64,000 nt of DNA. It comes from Phyllosticta citribraziliensis (taxonomy: Eukaryota). The notes beneath the pieces were generated by a model, which saw only the letters and a list, made by a program, of their open reading frames with translations, had not been told where the DNA came from and did not search any database. The first letter of the stretch is position 1. The number at the start of each line of letters is the position of its first letter. The translations under genes and the position numbers were made by a program. This document shows, one piece after another, positions 33,974 through 47,738 of this stretch. The DNA is taken from NCBI RefSeq assembly GCF_038025025.1, contig NW_027117344.1, positions 1,674,001 to 1,738,000 on the forward strand. Reading direction: 5' to 3'.

Positions 33974-36900
33974 TCACAGATTCAACGTCTCGGAAATCTC
34001 CTTCCTCCGCTCCTCGTCATCGATGAGGAAGCCCTTGGCGTCGAAAATGTCTTCGAGCGTGTCAACCACCTTTCGGAAGCTGGAAGCTGCGCCCTTGGTC
34101 TGCGTGAAGCGCACAAGCGAGAGCTGCGCACGACGGCCGTGCTCCAGCACAGCAAAGAGCTCTGCATCAAATGCCACGGGCTTGATTCTCAGGTCTGACG
34201 TTGAAGGAATGTCTGGTTAGTGTTATTCCAGGCCTTTCAGCACACAGGTACGAGAGGGAGGGGCAAGGAGGCAAACACTCCAGGCAATCAACTTACGGTT
34301 GTCTTTGTCGACGCGCGCCTGGATGACATTGGTAGCGCGATCAAACACAATGTCCCGGACGCCATACTTGCGCCAGTCACGCAAAAGGCGCACGATCTCC
34401 TGCCTCACGCGTCCGCGGCCGACTTGGAAGCACAGGACTTTGCTTGCAGGCTTGATGTGGAGGAAGCGGGCCAGCCAATTCTGACCCTCATAGCGAGGAG
34501 CGCCCGGATTGTTGGGGTCGGCTTCGGCAGGATAACTGAGACCGCTGGGCACAAGTGAAGAGGCGCTGAATTCGGCACCTTCGTGGATGTTAGTGAAATA
34601 TTCTGGCGAATCTTGTGCAAATGAGGTGCAAGAGAGAAAACCTACTCAGCTCAAGCTTTTGGTCCTTCTTCTCCTGCATCTTCTTGCCAAACAATCCAGC
34701 CAAGAAAAAGGGCTTCTTTGGCTCCTTTCTGTCGTTGCGCATTGGAAACTCGGTGTAGTTGCTCAGGGCACTCTCGCTTGGCTTGTTGCCAATCCTGGGG
34801 CTTGCTGTCCTTCTCTGCACGCGATCCTCACGGTCGTCCAAGTCGCGGAACCGCGGCGGAATGTGGCTTCCAATGGTGTCGTCCGCATAGATCTGCTGCT
34901 GCTCCTGTACATCCTTTTCTTTGTCACTGGTGCGGCGACGGAACCAACTGCGCTTCTTCGTCGCCTGTTGCGCTTTGGCACCATTGCTAGACAACGGAGT
35001 GTAGCTTTGGACGGGGGTAGAACATTCGGGAACATCGAGAGATTCTCTCGCGTGCAGAATGGCGTCGTCGTATCTGCTTGCCTTGTTACGAAGCTGTGGA
35101 AGTGGCGTTGGGGTTGCAGGCAGAGCCAAATTAGGAATAACGTTGTAAGCCCGCGTAGGGGTTGGAGTTGCAGACTGAACGAAGCTGCCATTGCTTGCCT
35201 TCTTACGGATGTTGAGCGGGGCAGGCGCCGGAGAACTAGCATCAACGACTCGGATGGTGTGCTCATTCTCGCCGTAGTACCTACGAGGTGCAGAGACTGG
35301 TGCAGTGGCTGCCCTATTGCCTCCGCGCTGCCAGTTTGGTGTAAGGCTTTCAGGACAAGGCGAACGATCTTCTTCGGAAATAATCGGCAGGTGCCGGTTG
35401 TCAGGAGATTCTGGCTGAGGAGCTGACACGGAGCGCTGATCACCTTGGACAGACGCGGCGGCCCGCTTCTGGGGTCCTAGGAGCATATCGAGGGAGTGCA
35501 AGACATGGTTCCAGCGGTCGGCGCTCTGGTCTCCATTCTCGAGCGCATGAAGATGACGTGCAACACGTTCGCGGGTCTCCACGAGCTGGCAATTCAAAGC
35601 ACTGTTGGGCGAATCTTGCGTCGCGCCCGACGGAAGTGGAGGCAACGGGCGATGCGCTTCAGTCTGCCTGAGACCTGTACCGTCCGCAGCATAAGCAGAG
35701 GCTCCAGAGCCACGGCACGAGACGGACGATGGGGGTGTCTCATATTCGGCAGGCGTAGGCCTGTCATTGGTAGTCGAGCTGCGAACGCTAGAGCTGACGG
35801 AAGTACGGTTGAACGCCTCATCCAGTGCCTTCTCAAGCTCGACGCTAGCCTTGCGGACTTCTCCTTCGATGTGGTGAGTCGGCGTTTCCGATCTCTTTAT
35901 CTTCAGACGAGGCTTGGCTGACTTCAACACAGAACCAGTAGATGTGACCGGGGGACTTCTCTGGTCAGGGGTAATCGGTGTCGCAGCTGCAGGTGGAGCC
36001 AGATCTTGCTTGTGCTGCTCCTTGGAAGCACTCTGGGACTTCGACGGTTCAGGAGTGGACTGAGCGGCAACAGTACCAGACGTGAGACAGCTCACTGTGG
36101 AACTCTTGCGGAGATGTGCAAAGCTCACTCCGCGCTTGTGCGAGGAGGAAGGTCTCACAACTATAGGCGGTGAACTCGCCCAAGCCGTGCTGCTGTTCCT
36201 AGAGGACCTCGATGAAGACTTTCTGTGCGCTGATGGCACGGCTGATATCCTCTTTGAGCTTCGGGATCCGACGCTAGATAGACCAGAGCTACGGACGCCG
36301 GTCTTTTTCAATGTTTCAACACGAAGAGAGCTTGTCTGACCGAGACCGCTACGCACCAAGTTTGTAGACTTGCGGTTAGGATGACGGCTTGCATTTGAAC
36401 CACCGCGATGAATTGTGACATTCATGTATGTCGTCTTGTTGGCCAGTGAAGGTTCCCGAGAGGCTCTGAAAGGGTCGTAGCTGACCTCTGAAGGAGTTGG
36501 CTCCTGGAAGCACTGGGCAGCCTGCAAATGCTCATCATTGAGGATGGAGAACTGTGACTTGTTGCGTTGGTGCCGCGGAGCTTCCCGCTGTGGCCGCGAG
36601 AAGGATGGCTGATTGTGATGGTAGTCGCTGGCAGAGTGACCAAGACTCTGCTCCCCGGGCCAGCACTCCAACTGCTGCTCCCTGTACTTGAGGAGGGCAT
36701 TGTAAAAATACTTTTCGTGGTTGATTCTGGGATTGTGTTAGCTCGGGTTGCAATTCCAACGTTGCTTGTGAACATACTCTGAGTTCAGAATTTTCCGCAA
36801 AATAGTGTCCTCCGAGTTACTGTGCCACAGGGTCCGCATGTTCCGCAGAACCTCTCGGTCAATGTCTTGTAGACTAAGCGGTTTCCAACCCTTGAGTTGA

Positions 36901-38204
36901 GGGCGGTATCCAACCAATGCTTCCAGGTTGTTTCTGAGAGGGTCGGGCTCCATGTTCTTTGGGTACTGCTGCAAGAAGGGGTGCTTCCAGATGCCCTCGA
37001 TGTTGATGCGCTTGTTGGGGTCAGGCACCAATATCTTGCTGATCAAGTCCATTGCGCTGTGGCTCAAGCCTTCGGGCATGACGTACTTGGCTTGTGCAAT
37101 GAGCTTGAAGAGATGAGTCAGGTCTTGGTTCTCGTTGTAGTTGAATGGCGGAGTTCCCGTAAGCATCACATAGAGAATAACGCCACAGCTCCAGACATCG
37201 GCCTGTCCTCCGTCGTACTGCTTGAAGCGGATAACCTCTGGCGCTGCGTAATGAGGGCTGCCACACGGCGTACTCAGCCATGAGCCTACGGGCTGGAGGG
37301 CAGCCATGCCAAAGTCCACCAACTTGATGTCCATGGTGTGGGCGTCGACGAGAATGTTCTCGGGCTTGAGGTCACGGTGGTGGATGTGCAGACGGTGACA
37401 ATACAGCAAGGCGGCGATGATCTGACGGAAAATGTACACCACTTCCATCTCGTCGAGTCCAGTGTGTTCGTCAATGTAGGCGAAAAGTTCGCCGCCTTCG
37501 ACGTACTCCATGATGAGGTACCTGGATGGAAGATTAGTCTGCTGGCTAGGAAAAGTTGTACAAGACACTCACAGCTCGCTCCGGTTTTCCCAGACATCGT
37601 ACAGCTTGACAATGTTGGGATGGTCCAGAAGCTTCATGATGACAATCTCACGCTCGAGACCAAAGGGCATCAGCTTGCACTGGGCATTGAGCTTTGGGTC
37701 TGTCTCGGCACTCTTGTACAGGTTGAGCAAGCTCTGAGCCTTGACCTTTTCGGCCGTCTTTTTCGAGATGATTTTGGCAGCACCCAACTGGCCGGTGACG
37801 CTGTGGCGGACAATCCTTACACGCGAGCATCCTCCCTCTCCGATTGTCTTGCCCAACTGCCAAGGACCAATGTGCGTCTTGCGTTTCCTGCTGGAAGCGG
37901 TGGCGTTGGAGCCCGTGGAGATGGTCGAGTCACGATTGCTGGAGCCACGCTCTTCCTCGGCAACCCGGACCAGATGTTTATTTTCGGCAACCGGACGGTT
38001 GCTACGGACAGTGAAGGTATTACCATTTGCGACGATGCTCGCGTTGTGAGGGACGGGTTGGTTCTTGGGAGAAGCAGAAGGCCGGTTTGTTTTCTGGTTG
38101 GCTTGATGGGGTGGCGTGGCAGCATTTACCCTCGTACCAGCATCGGCAAGCGGGCGTCGAGTCCTTGGATGTTGTCCTGGAGCGGCCCTACCCGGGAGGT
38201 CCAT
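33974..38204 (-). CDS. GIN4: Nim1-family Ser/Thr kinase (Gin4/Hsl1/Kcc4-like) with C-terminal KA1-type domain
   Basis: Exons 38204-37573, 37521-36778, 36726-34646, 34578-34297, 34194-33974. Motifs IGPWQLGKTIGEGG, AAKII, MPFGLEREIVIMKL, HRDLKPEN, DFG, CGSPHYAAPE; C-terminal QNWLARFLHIKP..KGAASSF. Confidence 0.9.
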
Positions 38205-41200
38205 GATGTCTCCCGCGGTGCCCACACGCGACCAATGTTTTGTTTTGGGTTGGACGAGGTGGAAGGAGGGCTGTGTACAAGAGGAGGTTGTGCAAAAACC
38301 GGCAGAGAAGCGCGAGTTGACTCAGTAAAACGAAATACACGAAGAGAAGTGTCGTGAAGACGTGCGATGGCGAGCGCGGTGGAGGGGGGAAGCTGGCCAG
38401 AGGTCTCAGGGCCTGTCGCGGAGCTGGACAGACATGGGATGGGCTGGGGAGCGGTTGGGCGAGGTAGAGGTCAAATTGGGATTGTTGCGAACCAAGCTGG
38501 GCGAAAGAGCGGACGGCTCGGCAAACAAACCAAGACGTGCCTGTTAAGGAGACGGCGGGATGGAGCCGAGGAGGTGGTGGTGTTTGGTCGACGGAGGCGG
38601 AGGCGGAGATGGAGATGGAGACGGGGGAAACTGGAGATCTGAGATGTCCCGTTCAGGATGCTGCAAAAAGGCAGTCCCGCGTCGTGCCTTCCACCGCTCC
38701 AACCCGCACAACCCAGAGCGACAAGCAGAACGGCGATACCTTAGAGGCCGACGACCTTCTGTTCAATTGCAAGCAAACCAAGACTACGGAAGCCTGCCAA
38801 GCAAAGACGAAGAATGGGCTCGCTTGAAGCGCATGTTTGTATGCGCCAAAGGCCCCCGTTGCGGGGCTCCCAGGAATGCCGTCGGCATCGCGGCTCTCCA
38901 GTGAAGAAAATGCCACGGATTCCAGCCTAGGAACCTGCGGCATCCAGTCGACATTGACCGGGCTACGTCGACCGCGCTACGTCATGAGGCTATGGGGCCA
39001 TTGTCGGGCGTCCGTCGGGGGGGGACTGGGTGGTTGGGAGGCATGTTTGCCGCAACGACGACGCGCTACATGTACGAACACAGCCGGAGGCAAACGATGG
39101 CGATGCATCACGACGGCGCTGGGCGTGGTGTTGAGGTTTGCCTGCCGTGGTCGGTGGCCTGAGGCGCCGTCGCAGTAGCGCCGGGCGGGCTTGCGCCATG
39201 CGCGCCGATCCGAGCATCCGGCCGGCGATCTTGGGTTCTGCCGTGGGTGCAGGCAGTGCAGGATCTACCTCTGCTGTGCCAAAACACAACCTCAACACCA
39301 CGCGGCCCCTCTCAAACCTCGCAAATACCCTCTGTTTCGTCTCCTGCTTTGTGTCTCGCTGCTCCGCCGGAAATAGCTTCCCCGGCCCATTCCTTGGCGT
39401 CTTACCCTCCTACATCGTTGCTCGACTTCGCTGCCCCTGGTCTCGACACAATCTCATCGCCTCACACATGCCATTTCTGGACATTTTCCCTGTCCTGGTC
39501 GGCTGACTCTGTGCCAATTGCTCAGCCCAACGTGACGGCCGCCAAGGATGAGCCCTTTGCTTCGCTCTCGTACTGCTCACCATCACGACCAAAACCACAT
39601 GCCTCGCTCGCCGCACATCAATCGTCGCCATTGGCCGCGGTTGCGCTCCAACAGGCAAAGGCTCCGCGACACCGTGGCGCCCAACTCTAAACACCCCGCA
39701 AAAGCTCATCATCCTTCGGGAAATGTCTGTCTTGGTCTCTCGATCCGGGGGCCAGGAAACCTCCCATGCAGACCGGCCGCCACGCAGCCAGGCAATTGAG
39801 CCTTTGCTCGCTCGCTCGCTCGCCCGCCGCGGCTTCTTCCTTCTCGTCACCGTACCTACCTACCGTACCCGTCAGCAATTGGGCCTCCGCATCATGCAAT
39901 CAAATCAACACTGTCTTTGATGCGCCCGTGGCACAAAGGCGCGCCGCCACGAAACAAACCAGGGTCGGCGGTCCCGGCAATCAAGGCGTTCCGCCGCCAT
40001 GGCCGTCCGCCCACTTGCCCATTTCTTCCCATTCTTCTGCCCGCCTTGACGCAGGTCACCCGCCGCCCGGGTAGTGGCTTTGAAGGCTGGCAAAGTGCGC
40101 GGCCTGGTTGAGGGAGCGGTACCATCCGTCCGTGTCCTCCCATGCCCGCCTGGCGCCTGCATGAGTCCAAGCAAGCAAGAAAGCATATCGCGGCCTGGGC
40201 CTGGACCCAAACAAAGGACGGACAATGATGACGGCAAATCCATCATCATCCTCATCCTCATGCCCGGACGTTTGCATACCAGCAGCACATCACAAGACTA
40301 TTGCCTGTCCAAAACGAGACGGGCAAAAAAGAAACGCGCGCGAAACAAGGAAGAAGAAAGGGACTCTGGGCATGGACCGAAAAGGGGAGAAACAAACGAA
40401 GGACGAGGAAATACCAAGCTCAAACAATGCCCTCGCCCCTCTCACTCAGGCTCTCAGTCATCACGCTCTCGCTGTCTCCCGATCTCCCCGAGGCTGGGAG
40501 GCAGGCTGGCTCGCTCCGGCTCTTTTCCGCAATGGGAATGCGATGCGTCTGCGATCCGGTTGCTTCGCACAAGACCCAAACCAAACCAGGTCACAGCCAG
40601 CCAGCCCGAGGCTACAAGCAATTCATTCACACTCGCGGCAAAGGGTCGCGGGTAAGGCCCATCCATCCATCCATTCCTTTGCTTCCGGCGCGCCTCGCCG
40701 CCTTGCGCCAGTACGTACCTATCCGTGTCAGGCGGACCTTCTGCTGTGGGTTTTAGCGCGCAGATCCAGTAGATCATTAATGGAGACGTCGATGATGATG
40801 CGGATGATGATGAAACGACATCATCGTCATCAGAAGCAGGAGCGGCGGCGGCGGCAGTGGTGAGTATCGCTACGTCCTTTTTCCTCCCCAAGGACCCCTG
40901 CGCCGTGCTTCCCTGCCCCTTCTACCCCTATTCAATCCCCGTTCCCCTTGCGTCTCCGCACGCATGTGCCAGATGTGAGCCTTTCTCCATGGGTAGACAT
41001 GTACCTGGCAGGGCCGGCCACAAAGTCAATCACCACTCAGGTAGATAGACACATACAGACAAACATGGGTAAGACGCCGGTCTAGTCCATTCCAGCTGCC
41101 CAGTCATGACGGCATGCATTGTGTTTTGCTCCCTCCCTCCCCGTCGTCATCTCTTTGCTTTTTGTTCTGTTCCACTTCCAGGTACGTTTTCGCAGCAGCG

Positions 41201-43580
41201 CAGTCAGTGCGCGGCGTGTGCTTGGTCAAACGGACTGGCTGGCTGGGAGGCTGGCTGGAAGGCTGGCTGACTGAGTCTTCGGGTACCTAAGGTAGGTAGG
41301 TGCGTGAGGAGCGTGGCTGGGCGAGTGACCCGGTCGCCGGGTGGAGGACCTACCTGGTGGCTGACTGTCTGGCCGGTGCATGCCTATGGCGCTCTTCTCA
41401 CCAACATCTCACCTCGCCTGCATAGGTAGGTAGGCAGGGAGTTGGCCGGCAGTCGTGTAGGCAGCAAGGTAGTAGTTTGGAAGAAATGACAGAAAGGTGA
41501 GCCCATGGACAGAGAGGGGAGGAAGACGCGGGGGAAGCAAAAAAGGAACATCAAGGAAGCTTGTAGTAGTTGGTACAGAAGAGGAGAGAGGAGAGAACAG
41601 TGGAAAATTAAATGGAATAGACGCAAAAGTTGACAGGAATTCCGATTTCTCTCCTCCCCCTTCTTGTCACACTACCATACCTCACAATTTGCCGAGTGCA
41701 AGCAAACATTCGGGAACACACCTGGACGGGGAGAGCACGAAATGGGTGCCAGACATTGTTGGTAGCAAGTCTACAGCAGTAAAAGAGACGGCACCACAAA
41801 ATACGACGCATTTCTTGCCATTCGATGGAATAGATTTACAGGGGGGGGGGGGGGGATATGATCATGTTTTTGAGATTGATTTTGGGCGCAGCCAAGCCTA
41901 CCCTACACACTACACATGTAGGCACAAACCCTTCCATCATCCCATCTTTCTTCAATCCACCTTGCTCGACAAGCATCCGTCCCCCCCATGCCCATGTATC
42001 CTTGAACGATTGGTGCGCGAGCTTGAGCCCCTGGCCCATCCATCCACCCGTCCATCGCCCAATAGTCTGCCGTCTCGCAGGTGCGCCTTGACGTGTCGAC
42101 GACGCCCTTTGTTGACGCTTGGGACGGTGTCGCCGCGGCAAGGCCCGCCTGTCCGATTCGTGGCGGTCAGTCGATCGTACCGGCGGACATCGCTCCTGCT
42201 CCTCCTCCGGCCATTTCGAGGGGACAAGGAAGAAGGCGAGGACAAAGAGATGAGCGCTTCGCCGCTGATGTCAGACACAAATGGCCCGTCTTTGTCTTTG
42301 GTTCCCGTTGCACACAAAAAAAGGGGGATAAGGACGAGAGATGGACAGCGGCGAGCAGTGGTGTGAGAAAGAAATGATGATGATGATGATGTGATGATGG
42401 AGAGAGAAGCTAAGCTGACTGTCTGCCTGCCTGCCTGCCTGCGCCACACTGCTACACTGACCGACGACGTCCCGTACGTAAGAGGTATCCTAAACGTTCC
42501 AACAACGCTCGCTCCAACAGCAACGGACAACCCACCTCCACACTCGAGCCGAGAAGGGAGAAGGAATGAAAAAGGAGAAAGCAAGAGAAGAAGAAAAGGG
42601 GGGCGGGTAAAAGCCGAACAAAAAGAAGAAAGACATAACGAGCAAAATCCAAGCAAGAAAGCCCAACGACCAGTGACGAAAAAAGCGCGCGCGCGCGCGT
42701 TCTTTGACCATCCAATCAATCCCATCTTTTCTTTCCCGGCGCCCTGTGTCCCTTTGTCCCAAATGCCTCCCAGCAAGTATAGCAGCCAAGCCTTCCCGAC
42801 ATCCAGAGAATTGTGGAAAGATGTAGAAGCGAAAACAAAGAAAAGTTATATCCAGAGTAAAGATATTTATGGAGAAGGATAATAAGGAACAAAAGGGGGA
42901 GGAGGTTGCGCTGCGACGATCATGGCGAAAGGCTAGCTCTGGTAAGCTGAATATCGACAGCGAAGAGTATGAGAGCAGATCAGTCGGTCGGTAGGGAGGT
43001 AGACAAAGGTGTGAAGGGAAAAAAAAAAAGGATATAGGAGGAAGAAAGAAATATGATCAAAGAAAAAACCCAAGCCGTGTCCACGAAACGCCAGTCAGAC
43101 CGACTGACTACTGAATGGCTGTGCCGTGGTCCGGAAGGAGGAAGTAAAAGAAGGAACCCGGAAATTGACATGACGCGAATAGGTAATAATCGCCTTAACC
43201 CCTTCCTGCTTTCGTTCCCGACATGTATGTGTATGTGTGTGTTGTCCAATCCCCACTTCCCATCCAAGTTTGTTCCCTCTTGACGCCGGATTTCATAGCA
43301 CAAGTTGTTTGTGGCATATATCGATACAAGAATGCGGAAACGACAGATCGTACACGATTTGGTTTTTTGTGGTTGGAGACGATGATGTGATGATGTCGAA
43401 ATAAAATGATGATGATGATGAGACTTTCCGAATCGCCGTTTGCATGCGTGTAAAGATCATAATAATAAAAGAGTCGAGAAGATGAGGAAAAATCGGCCGG
43501 GTATCATGCGAATATCGAACAGCATAGGTCGAGATTCTCGAATCCCGCGCGCTTTTGGGGGCTCGGTTCTCATTATCTCT

Positions 43581-45033
43581 TTAGTGTCCGAGGCCGGGCT
43601 TGTGTTCGCTGGCTTCGCTGCCCACTTTGCTGTTGGGTGAGACGGAGCCGCCGGCCTTGTCAGCCTCGCCGGCGGCTGCCGCAGCCTTGCCGCATCCCTT
43701 GACGAGAATGTGCCGCTGGAGGAAAAGGTCAGCGCAAGAAAAGATCCGATGAAATGGAGCGTATGCTCACCTTGAGCGCATCCTTGCGCGAAAAGCTCTT
43801 GTCGCAGTGTCCGCATGGGAAAGGCTTCACCGCCAGGTGTATGCGTTTGTGGCGTTTGAGGTCGTGATTTCGATTGAAGCTCTGCGGGCACTGGTCGCAC
43901 TTGAAGGGGCGATCGTTTGGCGGCGCTTGATGCGTGGGAGGTTGGCCGTACATGTGTCCCATGCCTGCGGGGTGGCCGCTGCTTGGAAATCCAGGCATCA
44001 TGCCGTGGGGCATGCCGCCGCCGACCAGCGCAAGCTGTCCATTCGGGTTGCCCACGTTGGAGAGAACAGGTCCATGGATGGGATAGTTGCTGTACGGTCT
44101 TTGGTACGGCAGCGGCGAGTGCGAGGGTCCTGATTGCATCGATGGAATCTGTGCAGACGTATGGGCTGGCGACATTCTCTGCATGTGGCCGCCAGCGCTC
44201 AGAGGGCTGGGTTGCGACGGCGAAGGCCCGGTCGAGTAAGGAAAGCTACTCTGCTGAGGCGTCGTAGAGTGCTGCGAGTGATAGTTGTAAGTGGGGGTCG
44301 GGGGGAGCCTGTTGGGAAAGGGCTCGTTGGAGTGAATAGGAGAGTGATGCGAAGTGGACGAGGTGACTGGCGTTTGCGCGTTGAGCATGTGCGGCATGGA
44401 GTTCTGTTGCCCCGACATGGTGGGCAGAGTGGATGGTGCAGACATGGATCCTGACGAGGGAAAAGGTGGGAGGCTGAGCTCGTATGGGGGCGGAGGCAAG
44501 CCTGCTAAGCCTCGGGTCAGTTGATCACTTCCGGAAGCGAAGTTTCTTTCAGTCTTTGTTCTCGACGTACCTCGTGGTGTGGCGTATGACTGTGACGTGG
44601 AAGAAGCCTGAGGCTGGAAGCCATAAGGCGTTGTTCCTTGCGGCGGTGGCGACCATACGTATCCATTCGGATTGTAAGAAGACATGTTTTGCGACGAATG
44701 GGCGTTGGAGCTCATGCCGTCCTGCAGGTTGCTGGGAGGAGTCAGAAGGTTTCCAATGGCACCGGTCGCGGGTGAGGATTGCGAGTTGGTGACGGACGAG
44801 AAAGCAGGAAATTTCTGCTGATGATTTTGGTGTTGATGTTGATGGTGGTGTTGATGCTGCTGCTGCTGCTGCTGCTGGTGTTGATGTTGTTGTTGCTGCT
44901 GCTGCTGCTGTTGTTGCTGCTGAGAATTGGAAAGCGGCGGAGGAGGCAATTCAAAGTTGGGAAGAGACGAAGCGTTAGGCCGGCGAGCAGTAAAGCTCGT
45001 TGGTGCACCCATAGAATCCGGCCCAGGATGCAT
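43581..45033 (-). CDS. C2H2 zinc-finger transcription factor (two fingers plus HILVKGC tail); start codon uncertain
   Basis: RPFKCDQCPQSFNRNHDLKRHKRIHLAVKPFPCGHCDKSFSRKDALK, intron 43716-43770, then RHILVKGC..GH*. Probable in-frame intron 44505-44570. PolyQ/H and P/S/Q-rich activation-type region. First ATG at 45033, but the frame is open further upstream. Confidence 0.9.
44816..44921 (-). repeat. CAG/CAA/CAY trinucleotide tract encoding polyQ/H
   Basis: QQQQQQQQQQQQHQHQQQQQQQHQHHHQHQHQNHQQ in the TF frame. Confidence 0.9.
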
Positions 45034-46389
45034 ATGGGTCGGAAGAGCGACTGCGGCAGCCACGTTGGAGGTTTTGGCAAATCCCTGGCCTGCCGGCCTA
45101 TCGTTCGAGACGAGAGACGAAGAGGGAAGCGGGAAGAGAGCGGCAGCAGGCGAGTGTGGTGGTTGTGATGATGGGCGCGCACCCGACCAAGACTGACCAC
45201 TTTGTGTTCTTGAGTAATCCAGAAGGGGCTAGCGGCGGAGGATTGAAGCGGCGGAGGCGATGAATGGTGTCAAGAGAGTGAAGGTGTCGAGGCACGACGA
45301 GGAGTTAAAGAGCGCGCTTCGCCAAAATTGGATGAGGGTGACTGTAGCGGAGCGAGGAGTGGAGCTGGTGAAGTTTACCAGAGGTATCCCTGTGGAGAGT
45401 AGCACCGATCGTCTGCAGTCCAGTCCCAAAGGGCTTCCAGAAAGTCTCGGAGGGTGTGTAAGAGGGCGCGGACGGGAGGCGAGGCGGGCTGGAGCACAAT
45501 AGGCAATGGGCTTGAGGCGAGAGTGGCACCGGTGCTCCCTGGGGCAACAAGACGAACCCGGATTCTCGGTTGCGCAGACGCAGTGCGACTTGAGGGCGTG
45601 GTACGGATCTGGTGTGTGGGAAGCAAAGGTGCTCGAGGTGGAGCAGGTGGAGGAGCCGAGGGCGTGGGCGGCTGGCTTGGCCTGGTACGGTATGGTGGAG
45701 CCCCGTTATGAATTGGAGAATGGTGGAGATGTTTTCTTGGGCGGTGGGGAGGAGCTCGGGGAGTGTATATGTAGAGTCCGGGGGAGCTTGGGATATGGGT
45801 TCGCGTGGCTTCTGGGTGGGCTAGGGGCCCTGGAGCCAGTCAGGCGTCAGGTCACGACGGCAGCGGAGCCCTCTGTGAGGTCGCGCGCGAGGGTACTGTA
45901 GGTAGTGTAGGGTTGGTTCCGTCCGTGCTCGTAATCTGGATCGTCTGGTAGAGCAGAGGCCCAGAGCATCTAGAGAGTCTGGTCGCGACTTGGTTGGGGC
46001 TGGCGGCAGAAGCAAGCAAAAGGCAGCGCGGCGGGAGTGAGATTAAGGGCTAGCAGCGCCAGATCACGCCTTTTCCTTCACGGTGCCGCCGACAAGGAAG
46101 CATGGGACAAGACAAGGCCGGGATGCCCAGCTGCAACCAAGAATCCAGCGCTGCGCTGCGCTGCACGCTGCCCGGGCCCTGGACCTTGACCTTGACCTTG
46201 GCTTGACCTGGACCTGAACCTGGACCTGGACCCTGCACTGCACTGCGCGGCGCTGCAGGTGAGCCCCAACCCCAGACCATGGATGGGTGGGTGCATGCTG
46301 CCCTCGTCCTTGCAATCCATAAACTTGTGCTGCGGCGCCTGGTGACCGGTGGCAGATGGCGTCAACTGCACACTCGCAACTGAACATGC

Positions 46390-46391
<2 letters not shown>

Positions 46392-46424
<33 letters not shown>

Positions 46425-46646
46425 CACGGCGTCTTTGTTCGTCTCTTCTCCTCGACTTCGTTGCCCTCCCCTGAGTAATCCATTACCAATCCCTCGCGCG
46501 CCGCATTCCAGCCTCTGGTTAGCGGCCTAGCCGAATACGATCAGCTCAATAAATTCGGTTCTCCGCTCGGTCCTTCAAGAGGCCTGGTGACTTAGACTGC
46601 CTGAGACCGCAGAGTGAGAGAGAGAGAGAGAGAGTGAGAGAGAGAG
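46392..46646. repeat. (CT)n tract (46392-46420) and (AG)n tract (about 46612-46646)
   Basis: Read directly. The two tracts are mutually complementary and about 190 bp apart. Confidence 0.85.
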
Positions 46647-47596
46647 GTGCTGCTATTCTCGGGCCATGGAGCACTCTGGCCACATGTTTGACGCCGGGCC
46701 TGGTCTTGGCCCCGTCGCGGAGCTTGCCGCCGTGTCTGTCTGTGTGTCTGTCTGTCTGTCTGCCTGTCTGCCTGTCTGTCTGCTCGCTCCGTCGACCTTC
46801 AGTCATGACTGTCGCGCGGCGAGGCGATACCACATACGTGGGATAGATTGCTTAGCGGCGGAAAGAAGGACGGCAGGGTAGATGGAGCGCGCTCCGCTGC
46901 ACACGTCGGGCTGCGGCGCCGCGTGCGGATGTATTCCAGAGGGCTGGTTCCATGGCCAACCGCACGACCAGACCGGTGCATTCACTCGTCGACTTCAACT
47001 CTTGATCGGCGCGCCAACGCGCATCCATCCCAGAGCCAGTGCGGCGGTTTGGTTTCGTGCGCAGCGCCTCCAGCTCCACCATGAGCAGTGTCGGCGTACC
47101 GGCATGGCGTTTCAACGTAGGACGATCGTTGTGAAGACCCAAGGGCGAGAGCCGCATCGAGTGCTGAGGGTCGCACACCTCTCGGCCGTCACACGCCCAC
47201 ACCCCGGGTCCCAAAGACCAATGATGTGCCCCTGTAAGCGAGAAGGGTGAGAAGAGGTTGTGATAAAACGGCACATTCCATCCATGGGTGTGGGAGTCAA
47301 CCGTCGCTGTCACGCTGCGCCGGCGCCGGCCTAGCTGGCCTCGAGCCGTGCTAAGGGACGCCAAAGGCAAAGGGCCGACCTGATTGAGCGGTTGGAGGAT
47401 GGATTGATGGTGGTGATGGCAGCGAGATGGAGCCCGGGCAGGTTGTCGTCGCGGATCCCTGCGGAGAGGAGGGAGAGATGTGGTAGTGGTGGCCGAGACC
47501 AGCTCCCTCCACTAGCACACGCAGACCCGCGCTCCTGGGCTCTCGACGACGGGACCCACGACTTGCCGCGATGCTGCTGCCACTTCCCCGCGCTTC

Positions 47597-47738
47597 AACA
47601 CACACACGCACACACACACACACACACGACACACACGACTTGCTGGACACACACACGCACACACACAGATGGCGGCCACGCGACACGGCTGCTATGGGCA
47701 TGGCAGGCCAGGGCAGGGCAGGGCAGCGGTTTGCTTCC

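Noticed and set aside
34195..34215. Alternative in-frame acceptor 18 nt upstream in the last kinase intron
   Set aside because: That CAG directly abuts the CTAAC branch site, too close for likely use.
34587..38357. Plus-strand ORFs of 279 aa (34587-35426) and 339 aa (37338-38357)
   Set aside because: Antisense shadows of the Gin4-family kinase.
41497..42882. ORFs of 289, 274 and 163 aa between the kinase and the TF
   Set aside because: They span a G15 run, A-tracts and SSRs; the composition is UTR/intergenic-like with no domains.
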